Part shown: positions 53,147 to 64,000 of the stretch, piece by piece | Position numbering within the stretch: position 1 is the stretch's first letter | Layout: every line of letters starts with the position of its first letter | DNA from: Eledone cirrhosa | Taxonomy: Eukaryota | Assembly: GCA_964016885.1 (NCBI GenBank) | Contig: OZ024740.1 | Location: forward strand, 181,474,001 to 181,538,000 | Length of the DNA: 64,000 nt | Direction of reading: 5' to 3' | Made by a program: the position numbers and the translations under genes | Notes under the pieces: generated by a model | Told to the model about the DNA's origin: nothing | Seen by the model: only the letters and a program-made list of their open reading frames with translations | The model's database searches: none

Positions 53147-53148
<2 letters not shown>

Positions 53149-54510
53149 TAGCATTAAAGCCCGGCGTTGCTCGGGGTCATTATGTTACCAAAGTTAGGTT
53201 GCACCACCCATTTTATGGCAGCACTTATTTGTCTGCCAGGCACTGGGTGAATGAATTGCAGACCTGGAAGCAGGAGCTGCGCCAGCAGTGACAATTGTAG
53301 TTTCGCCTATGGATATTATATCTGTGCAAAAAAGTGTTGAAATTTATTGTTTCACAGTACTTGCGGAACACGCGCGTAGACGATGCCAGCCGAACAACAG
53401 AGCTGCGATGGAGTTGTTTTGCATGGTTGTCTGTGTGTTTTATAAATTTAAGACAGTAGGGAGGGTTTAGATATGAGGGAGAGTTAGCTGTTGTTTGTAG
53501 CAGGTTTAGTGACCTCATAGGGGATATGTGTTTTCTAAATTTAAGACAGTAGGGAGTGGTGTGATATGGGGGAGAGTTAGCTGCTGTTTCTAGCAGGTTT
53601 AGTAACCTCATAGAGGATACGTGTTTTCTAAATTTAAGACAGTAGGGAGGGGTGTGATATGGGGGAGAGTTAGCTGCTGTTTCTAGCAGGTGTAGTAACC
53701 TCATAGAGGATACGTGTTTTCTAAATTTAAGACAGTAGGGAGGGGTGTGGTATGGGGGAGAGTTAGCTGCTGTTTCTAGCAGGTTTAGTGACCTCATAGA
53801 GGATATTATTGTTTATCATTATCTATAAAAGGCAGATTGTTGTTGTTGTTGTGTGTGTGCACATGTTCCATGTTTATACATTTGCACAATTTCAAACCGA
53901 TTCGACTCAAAGTCTGTAAGAATCCACGTTCGTTGAGAGGTTTTAAAAAAGATTTATCGCTTGTTGTTGAATAAATGTATCTGTCGCTTTTGAATAATTG
54001 TCGTTTCGTATGAAATGTAATAATTGAGCAACTAAAAGTTAGTGTGGTTATAAATCACGCACGTTGTTTAATTGACTTAAATATTTTTTATCATTTGAAG
54101 TGAGTGTGTGTTTGTATGCGTTTGTAAATAAATCAGTAAGTTTGAAGTATAAAAGAGAAAGTAGCAAAATGTGTGGGTTGTAGAAAGAGGTATGCAGATG
54201 ATATGAGAGAGTAAAACGGACAGTATCACTACCAAGCTTGGAAGGAGAAAGTAGCAGGAAGTATGAAGTTGTATAGATTTTGAATGGTAGTAGAAAGAGT
54301 TTAGCAGTTTAAATGAGAGAGAAAATCGTAAAATATTGAGTTTTATATATGTTTTGCGTAATTGTGGGTGAAATTGAAAAGAATTAGATGTGCCAAGACG
54401 GAATCGAAGCTATTTCGAATACTGAATTGTAAATTTCAATTGAAGAAATTCTATATCGTAGATTTCTATAACAAAGGAGCATGTCCATACACTGAGCTTT
54501 ATAGATTATG
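53147..54510 (+). mobile_element. Probable non-autonomous Helitron/Helentron-like element(s)
   Basis: Starts actagcattaaag cccg gcgttgct cggg (terminal hairpin typical of such elements), contains an internal minisatellite and lies between TA tracts; right boundary uncertain. Confidence 0.5.
53438..53806. repeat. 93-bp minisatellite, about 4 copies
   Basis: ttttctaaatttaagacagtaggga recurs at 53531, 53624 and 53717. Confidence 0.92.
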
Positions 54511-54522
54511 ATATATATATAT

Positions 54523-54766
54523 TGTCAGTGTTGAACAAACGAGCAACGATGGTTGCTAGACACTACGGCTTAATACGGGATGTTTGTTTACAAACACAGC
54601 GTGCATTCTAATAAATGTTCGGTGAATCCATACGCACATATATATATATGTGTGCATGTATGTATATATATATACATACTACTGTACGTCTGTATACATA
54701 TATATATGTACGTCTACATACTTATATATATATATATATACTGTATATATATATATATACTGTATA

Positions 54767-54830
<64 letters not shown>

Positions 54831-54867
54831 TATATATTATATATTATATTATATATATATATTATAT

Positions 54868-54904
<37 letters not shown>

Positions 54905-56643
54905 GTAAGTATGCATGTATACGTACATACATATATGTATACAGACGTACAGTAGCATGCACATATATATATATATACATATATATATACATATGCATAC
55001 AGGTACACATACATATATGCACGTATCAGTTTAGCGGCGCTAACGTCGCTTTGTTCGTTTGTAAACAAACTGAACAGCCTGAATTTATGACATACGGTGT
55101 TAAGGCAACCACGTCACCTTTTTGTTCAACACTGACACAGGAACGATGTACTAGTTTCAAGCTTGTTAGCTATCATCAGCACCGTTTACCCATCTGCCAG
55201 ATAGTTGAACGTTCGAAAGTATATACTTTCCTTATGAAAATTAACGGCTGAGCAGCCTAATTTGCATATTGAGTGAGTTAAATCGGTCAGGCATACCGAA
55301 AACAATAAATTGAAACAAAATGAAAACGAAATTTCATTTCTCACTCTTAGTATGGCACTTACTTAAATGTAAGTATGCATGTATACGTACATACATATAT
55401 GTATACAGACGTACAGTAGCATGCACATATATATATATATATACATATGCATACAGGTACACATACATATATGCACGTATCAGTTTAGCGGCGCTAACGT
55501 CGCTTTGTTCGTTTGTAAACAAACTGAACAGCCTGAATTTATGCCATACGGTGTTAAGGCAACCACGTCACCTTTTTGTTCAACACTGACACAGGAACGA
55601 TGTACTAGTTTAAAGCTTGTTAGCTATCATCAGCACCGTTTACCCATCTGCCAGATAGTTGAACGTTCGAAAGTATATACTTTCCTTATGAAAATTAACG
55701 GCTGAGCAGCCTAATTTGCATATTGAGTGAGTTAAATCGGTCAGGCATACCGAAAACGATAAATTGAAACAAAATGAAAACGAAATTTCATTTCTCACTC
55801 TTAGTATGGCACTTACTTAAATGTAAGTATGCATGTATACGTACATACATATATGTATACAGACGTACAGTAGCATGCACATATATATATATATATACAT
55901 ATATATATACATATGCATACAGGTACACATACATATATGCACGTATCAGTTTAGCGGCGCTAACGTCGCTTTGTTCGTTTGTAAACAAACTGAACAGCCT
56001 GAATTTATGCCATACGGTGTTAAGGCAACCACGTCACCTTTTTGTTCAACACTGACACAGGTACGATGTACTAGTTTCAAGCTTGTTAGCTATCATCAGC
56101 ACCGTTTACCCATCTGCCAGATAGTTGAACGTTCGAAAGTATATACTTTCCTTATGAAAATTAACGGCTGAGCAGCCTAATTTGCATATTGAGTGAGTTA
56201 AATCGGTCAGGCATACCGAAAACGATAAATTGAAACAAAATGAAAACGAAATTTCATTTCTCACTCTTAGTATGGCACTTACTTAAATGTAAGTATGCAT
56301 GTATACGTACATACATATATGTATACAGACGTACAGTAGCATGCACATATATATATATATATACATAAAGGTGACGTGGTTGCCTTAACACCGTATGGCA
56401 TAAATTCAGGCTGTTCAGTTTGTTTACAAACGAACAAAGCGACGTTAGCGCCGCTAAACTGATACGTGCATATATGTATGTGTACCTGTATGCATATGTA
56501 TATATATATGTATATATATATATATATGTGCATGCTACTGTACGTCTGTATACATATATGTATGTACGTATACATGCATACTTACATTTAAGTAAGTGCC
56601 ATACTAAGAGTGAGAAATGAAATTTCGTTTTCATTTTGTTTCA

Positions 56644-56647
<4 letters not shown>
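54523..56647 (-). mobile_element. Retrozyme-like array A: ~3 tandem 454-466-nt monomers (54901-56366) plus inverted arm 56367-56647; related opposite-strand fragment at 54523-54720
   Basis: HHR ggtg CTGATGA tagct aaca agctt GAAA ctag TA catc on the minus strand at 55145-55183, 55599-55637 (GAAA changed to TAAA) and 56065-56103; no coding signal. Confidence 0.85.
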
Positions 56648-56703
<56 letters not shown>

Positions 56704-56936
56704 TATATATATATATATATATATATGCATTATATATATATAAAGGAAACGAGACGTCTGTCTGGGAAGAGATATATTTGAAATAATACAGTCAATCTTC
56801 CACACAATACAATTAGTTAGCACCCCGAACGTTTAATTAGGAATATACTCACTTATATCCTAATGTTTGTTGAGTGAGGTGGGATTTGGCCGGAGAAACG
56901 CTATTACCTTCCTCCGATAATATATCTATATATATA

Positions 56937-56998
<62 letters not shown>

Positions 56999-57002
56999 TA
57001 TA

Positions 57003-57097
<95 letters not shown>

Positions 57098-57124
57098 TAT
57101 ATATATGTATATATACATTATATA

Positions 57125-57187
<63 letters not shown>

Positions 57188-57214
57188 ATGTGTGTATATA
57201 TATATTAATAATAA

Positions 57215-58482
57215 TAAAAACAAATAACGAAACGAAATTAAATTTCCTTTCGTTTGTAACTCACTTTTGTATGACTGACGCTTAAACAATTAAGTTAAAA
57301 GTCTACATCCACATATGTATACTGAAATACTAGTATGCATATAAATACACACACGTATACATATGTACATGTACCGAGTTTATCACTGGACACTTTACTG
57401 TGAGTGTCCAGCTAGTCTGTATGTAACCAAACAGACAAACCGGTTTTTAGAGTCATACGGGTTTTCAAGGAAACACCTTTCCTCTATTCTCCAGAGAGCC
57501 AGACAGGAATATTGGACTAGTTTCGATGTTATAACATCTCATCAGCAATATATACCAATCTTCCGGCTTCTCTAGAGAATCGTAAAAGCATATATCGTTA
57601 TATGCTTTTTCTATGAAAATCAGTAGTGGGCAGACTAATTTGCATAGAACGTGAGTACGCACCGGTTCAGCGGAAACGATAAAAACAAATAACGAAACGA
57701 ATTTAAATTTCGTTTCGTTTGTAACTCTCTTTTGTATGACTGACGCTTAAACTATTAAGTTAAAAGTGTACATCCACATATGTATAACTAGTCCAATATT
57801 CCTGTCTGGCTCTCTGGAGAATAGAGGAAAGGTGTTTCCTTGAAAACCCGTATGACTCTAAAAACCGGTTTGTCTGTTTGGTTACATACAGACTAGCTGG
57901 ACACTCACAGTAAAGTGTCCAGTGAAAAACTCGGTACATGTACATATGTATACGTGTGTGTATTTATATGCATACTAGTATTTCAGTATACATATGTGGA
58001 TGTACACTTTTAACTTAATTGTTTAAGCGTCAGTCATACAAAAGTGAGTTACAAACGAAACGAAATTTAATTTCGTTTCGTTATTTGTTTTTATCGTTTC
58101 CGCTGAACCGGTGCGTACTCACGTTCCATGCAAATTAGTCTGCCCACTACTGATTTTCATAGAAAAAGCATATAACGATATATGCTTTTACGATTCTCTA
58201 GAGAAGCCGGAAGATGAGTATATATTGCTGATGAGATGTAATAACATCGAAACTAGTCCAATATTCCTGTCTGGCTCTCTGGAGAATAGAGGAAAGGTGT
58301 TTCCTTGAAAACCCGTATGACTCTAAAAACCGGTTTGTCTGTTTGGTTACATACAGAATAGCTGGACACTCACAGTAAAGTGTCCAGTGAAAAACTCGGT
58401 ACATGTACATATGTATACGTGTGTGTATTTATATGCATACTAGTATTTCAGTATACATATGTGGATGTACACTTTTAACTTA
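57215..58482 (+). mobile_element. Retrozyme-like array B: ~465-nt monomers (57786-58482, plus strand) with inverted arm 57215-57785
   Basis: HHR atattg CTGATGA gatgt aata acatc GAAA ctag TC caatat at 58222-58264 (+) and 57509-57551 (-). Confidence 0.85.
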
Positions 58483-59297
58483 ATAATAATAAATTTGAAG
58501 ACTAAATCCAAAGAGGGCTCGATAAGGATAAATATATATCAAATAGATAAGAACCGTAGAGCAAATATTTATTAAAATAACAGATTAAATTTTAAGCAAA
58601 GAATCACTGCTTTGACCCTTAACGGGATCTTCTGAAACTAAGAAAGTCAATCTGTGAACGCAGAAGTGAATATTCCAAAAAACATGGTAACCGGAGGAAG
58701 ACAGGAAGACGATACTTTGATTCGTGGAATCGTTCCCTGGCAAAGAACGGGAAAAAACGAATATAATCCGTCATTATTTGGAGCGGTGAAAAATAATTAC
58801 ACGCAAAGACAAATCCACGTTTATGGTTTAAAAGAAGTTGTAGACTAATATTCTATTAGGTGGTTCATAGAGACGTTCTCTGACAATGAATGGAAAAAAA
58901 ACGAAGAAAATACCTCATATGTGGAGCGTGGAGAACAATTGCACGCAAAGACAAAACCATGTAAATGGTATAGCTGAAGTCGTATACTAAAATTCTAACT
59001 AGGAAAACGAATGATTCTCGGCTTCAGAGTTAAGAATAAAGTAAATAAAATACAGAGGTAATTGAAATTAAATAAATACATACGCGCATGCATATACGTA
59101 TATAACAAGCGCACACACATACCTACATGTAAATACACATATGTTCGGAGAAGAACGTCAACCAAAACACAAAGTACACATATACACACACCCTAGATAC
59201 GTACGAACCCGTTAAGTGTGAAAGCAGCGATTATTTGCTTAAAATGTAATCTGTTATTTTAATAAATATATATATATATATATTATATATATTACTA

Positions 59298-59987
59298 AAA
59301 TTAGTACAAGGAGACAGGACTCTCCGTCATCAGTGATCTTACAGCCACCATTGCTATTTCTTCGCATTAAAGACCATATACCTCAGGCTGGTGCGAGCAA
59401 TAACTAAAAAAAGTTATCGGGACAGGTAGAATTGGGTGTAGAAAGCGAGACATGTAAACAAACAGAGATGGTAATAGCAACGGAAAGAGAGGTACAAGAG
59501 AAGCAAGGCCGTGATATCTGTGAACTTAAGTTCGATGATATCGTGGACGAGAAGAGAAGACACGCCCAGACCCTGTGAAATGTGAGCGAGGAAAAGGCTT
59601 CACACAGGTCAAGCGGGAGGAAGTGAGAGAAGGGGGTAGCAGAGAGTGAGTGAGTGAAAGTGTGGGGAAGAGGCCAGTCGAGAGAGTGACCGGTAGAGGG
59701 GGTGAATGAAGTTAAGAGATACAAGGTGTGAGAAACAGGATAGCAGTAAGAAAGACACAGACTGGTCACAGCGTAGGGAACAATAAAAATTAAAAAATGG
59801 CGTGCTCCGCTGTTGCAAATGGGATACATATGAATAAAATTAGAACAAGAAGACAGGACTCTCCGTCATCAGTGATCTTCCAGCCATCATTGTTATTTCT
59901 TCGCAATAAAGACCATATACTTCAGGCTGGTGCGAGCAATAACTAAAAAAAGTTATTGGGACAGGTAGAATTGGGTGTAGAAAGCGA
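59298..59987. repeat. ~690-bp non-coding element with ~150-bp terminal direct repeats (period ~540)
   Basis: 59298-59448 resembles 59837-59987; flanked by (TA)n and (CA)(TA)n. Confidence 0.8.
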
Positions 59988-60020
59988 CACACACACATAT
60001 ATATATATATATCACCATAA

Positions 60021-60672
60021 TCAGGTCGAGCTTGCTCGGCTTTCTACGACACATTTCCTCCATCCATCTCTGTCTCTCATAGCGTTTGCCAGTTCTTCCG
60101 CAGTGCATCCAGTAAAGTCCTCAAATTGCTTGACGTATGTCTTCTTGGAACGACCAGCCTTTCTTGCTCCATGAGATGGACTCCATAACAACACATCACC
60201 TGCTATTTCTTCCTTGCTGCGCCAACAGTGGCCAGCAAATCTGAGTCTCTGTCCACGTATTGACCTGCTGATAGGTGGTCTATTGCCATTGAGATCCTTA
60301 TTTGTTGGGTGTTCCCTCCAAGACACGTTTAAAGCAGCACGGAGCATACGTCTGTATGCCCGTCTAGCTTTTTCTCCAGTTTCGACGTTAGCGTCCAAGT
60401 GACAGAGCCATAAACAAGCACAGATTCCACAGCAGCTCTGAAGAAATTCCTTTTAAGGTTTGATTTCCATATCTTTTCCATTGCATTCAATGCTCCGCAA
60501 GCTTTTCCCAGTCTGATGTTAACATTATGTTCTGTGGAGGCGATATAGCTCCCCAGGTATTTGAAGTCGTCAACTTGCTTGATTATATCGCCGTTTAGAC
60601 TTCGCATACCAACTGAGGAGTCTTGGTTCAGGCAAATATATTCTGTTTTGCCTGCGCTGACATAGAGTCCGA
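60021..60672 (-). pseudogene. 3' fragment of an RTE-clade LINE (RT C-terminus)
   Basis: KTEY, VDDFKYLGSYI, IRLGKA, KIWKS, VLVYGS.TWTL, RRMLRA..NVSW..H.TN and RLRFAGHCWR. Confidence 0.85.
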
Positions 60673-60734
60673 TTTATATATATGAGTGGTGTGTTTGCGA
60701 TGTGTATTAGAACATCTAACGGCACTTATAAAAG

Positions 60735-60907
60735 ATAATTGTTTCTACTTTTGGCACAAGGCCAGCCATTACCCAGTGTATTACTGGTAATTTATTGTAT
60801 CGACCCCATAAGGATGAAAGGCAAATTTGACTTCGGTGGGATTTGAACTCAGAATGGCAAGGGCCGTAACTCTATGCGTCAAAGCATGGCGTCCGACCCT
60901 CTACCGA
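60735..60907 (-). mobile_element. SINE copy (same family as 2822-3017)
   Basis: Reverse complement of the 2822-3017 family. Confidence 0.8.
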
Positions 60908-63900
60908 TAGATAATAACACTGCAATATAGACTGTTAATATGTGTGCGTAGTTGTGTGTGTCAGTATTTGAGCATGATTAAGTATGCGTTTACTTATATA
61001 ATTATAGTAATAGACAACTATACGAGCATAGGTATATTACTGTGTGTATGTGTGTGTGTTTTGTTTGTGTGTATGAGCATGTGTGTCTCAATATGTGTAC
61101 TGAGAGCATGTACATAATTTATAGTGACGTACGACAATGTGAACAAATGTATATATCTGTAAAGTGAACTAGTATGTCTGAGTATGTGTGAGGTATTGTG
61201 GTATGTATGCCTACGGCTTTGTAGTATTCTGTGTGTTTGTGTATGCCTGTGAGAGAGAAAGAGAAAGAGATGGAGTCTTTTATGAATGCTTGTATCTCTG
61301 TGCTTGTATTTATGTGTGGGTGAGTTTGTGTGTCTCTGTGTGTGAAGGAATGCTTTATGTATGCATGTGTCTCTCTACTTCTCTGCATGTTTCTGTGTAC
61401 GTACGTCAGTTTATGTGTGTGTGTGGGGGGGGGGGATATTGCGACCATTTATCCAGTAACTGCCATTACATTTTAGAAAATGAACAATAGAACATCAAAA
61501 TCAAATGTTAGTTGAACTGACTTTACTTTGCAACACAAATCTCTCCGCTCATAAAACCCTTTCTATGTCCAGTCATTATTATGTATAGCCATATGTGTTA
61601 AATTTGTAAGTTTGCTAGAATTACTCAAATCTGTAACTTATAATAATGCCCACAAGAGCTATAACTAATCGAAATTGCCAGTGAATAAAGCCGTTTTCAT
61701 TGTTAAAGAGATTGAGAACTCGAGAGATAAAGGAAAAGAGAGACAGAGGTTGAAATGAAGAGTGAGAAATTTAGAAAGAATTGAATGCAAGAGTAATTGA
61801 GATAGAGTGTGAGAAGGATAATCAGAGAGACAGAGAGAGTAAGTGGAAGAAGGCTGGCTAATAAATCAGGAAGTTATTTGATGGTGAAATCCCAGAATGA
61901 TTAACGTTCGCAGTTATTGAGCACGGCGTGCTCAAAACAGGTCACTGCTCATTATACCTGAATACAATTATGCCGAAGATTTCAATGGTGTCAGAATATT
62001 GAAGCTAATAGACTGATATATTTATAAGATTTTACATTTTGATATATTATCGTAATCAGGTTGATACTTTTAAATAAATGCAAATGTTACTGTTCTATTT
62101 GTTGTTTCCTCGCCTATCTTACTTCTTGACTACTGGATATTTCGTTTCAATAGCAAGTAGAATCTAAATTCCTGTTTATCCCTCACAGTAAAGGAAGTGT
62201 TAGTACTGACATTTGTAGAGGATGACGGACAGTTACTTGCATTAATTCCAGTACATAGATAATAATGTGTCGTGGACTACGTAGGCAGAAATGGTGGGGC
62301 TTGAGGTCTGAGAGGACCTAAATACCAGACAATAGATCTGATTCTGATAATCCTTGTTAAAAGAAATATTCCTATTCATAATACAGATTAATACTTTTTA
62401 TGATTTTGTTATCTGTAGAAACGCGTATATTTATAGATTTTCATCTTAGCAAATGTTGTTGTTCTCTAAACACAGATGAAGATAATTTGACATCACATTT
62501 GGTTGACAAAGTTTCAGCCATGGTCATTCCTATGATAATATTAGATGATCTATCGTTACTCGATTAAAATGACTCTACATATATATTTTTTCAGAGAGAT
62601 TTAGCTGATAAATTTAACTATTCTATTTCAGAATGTCTAAGTGAAATCAGCCACTGAGAATCATGTTTCCTGTCCAAGAGAGTAAAGCAATAACTACAGT
62701 CGATCTGATTTCACAATAACTGAGAGAATTCTAGACCTGATTTTTATTCCTTCTTTCATAGTATGTATGCATATTTCCAAACCAAGATATGTCAAATTTG
62801 ATAAAGTAATGTGAAGTTAGCGGAAATATCTGACTGGGTATTAAAAAGGATTCATAGATTTATACCGTCCAAGAACTCATATACAGTGATTGCTACAAAC
62901 AGTTCTATGCCTTTGTGTTGAATAACCTGACGCCTGAAGGTGTATTCAGTGTAGCTGATAACATATTTCTTGTGGCATTTTAACAATATTTGTCATTTTA
63001 ACAATATTTTGGGAATCACAATTGAGCCATGTTAATTCAATAACATCTTTTAAATGTATGCATTCTTCGCATTCTTCTTTTAACATAAATGTTAATTTTT
63101 AAATACAAATACCTAGTTGGCTTTTGCTGAACCACGGCATTTAAAATGAAAGTTATTGTTGAGAGCAGAGATCGGATTGAATGAAATACTCTAAATAAAT
63201 AAAATATTACTAACTAGATTATGTGACATTAAAGCTAACGATTGTAGGGGAATGTACTTTACTAGCACAATGTGTTGTGACTTAAGGAAATGTACGCACT
63301 TCTAAAGATATGATGTGGGGCCCCTCTACCGCTGTGAATAGCGCCAGAAGTCCCAGTCAGCGCTTATAATACATTGAAACATCGAATGACTACTTGAGAT
63401 ATATTATCATCGCAAGAACAAAGAAAACAGTAAAGTGAATATTAATCAACTGCAACAAAACTTTATTTATTACGAGATCCCGAGCTTTAAATTCCCGTAA
63501 AATTCAATGATATTCGTTTCTAAGTCTCAATTTATCTGTAATACTTTAAAATGTAAGTTACTGTTCTAAACATATTCAAAGGACCTTACTAATATAATTA
63601 TTCGGAAACTAGACGAATTATTGCGGTAATCTTCTCAAACTTCTCTGAAAATTCATCCTGAATCTGCTGAGAAGAGCGTAACCTGATTAAGTAGAACAAC
63701 ATACTTCCTTAGTGGCATCAACATACTCACTCTCTTTTTTATTTCGATAGAAAATGATAAAGCTATACGAAATTTATTTTAGCTTCCATTTTAGCTTTTT
63801 CGTTATTTTCTATTTTCTGTGTACTATTTACAAGATTTATCAAATATACATCGGATGATTTGTTGGTCTGTGATAAAATTAAAATGTCGATCTAGAAGAC

Positions 63901-64000
63901 AATGGCACTCTTTACACAAGTATTCGACGATTGTGGCCATGTTTTTGGCAATAGAATGATTCAACAATTCACTTTTAAAAATGTTAAGAGAGAAAAACGC

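Noticed and set aside
53225-53797. 190-aa ORF with 31-aa repeats
   Set aside because: Translation of a 93-bp minisatellite; no protein motif.
55320-56634. Repeated 90-126-aa ORFs in array A (and 57363-58410 in array B)
   Set aside because: Their length and frame change with the internal TA tract and they show no domain; the units look non-coding.
62040-63200. Complex, non-repetitive sequence that might be host exons or an old transposase (also 3150-3980 and 6180-6940)
   Set aside because: No sustained ORF or recognisable motif; BLASTx or RNA-seq would be needed.

Overview
This is an AT-rich, microsatellite-dense eukaryotic intergenic or intronic region with no recognisable host protein-coding exon. 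Its tRNA-derived SINEs resemble the common octopus SINEs, so the source is probably a cephalopod (inference). The window is a nest of Penelope-like retroelements (PLEs) sitting in (TA)n tracts. Four large RT + GIY-YIG copies lie at ~10-15 kb, 19-24 kb, 26-30 kb and 49-53 kb, all with stops or frameshifts. There are also many solo or fold-back pseudo-LTRs and three loci of non-coding ~460-nt repeats (30.4-31.1, 54.5-56.6 and 57.2-58.5 kb). About 19-21 type I hammerhead ribozyme (HHR) motifs from at least 7 sequence families can be read directly from the sequence. Four highlights: (i) an endonuclease-bearing PLE has a separate upstream ORF1 joined to an ATG-less RT frame by a correctly phased U UUU UUA -1 slippery site; (ii) its HHR has a U3-A8 compensatory core; (iii) retrozyme-like tandem arrays carry one HHR per ~460-nt monomer; (iv) most elements share a 5'-inverted layout that puts a 3' end against (TA)n on both sides. 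Remnants of CRE-, R4- and RTE-type LINEs, a mariner, a Helitron-like element and minisatellites are also present. Most short ORFs in the track are microsatellite artefacts. All calls were read by eye; boundaries are approximate and nothing was computed or searched.
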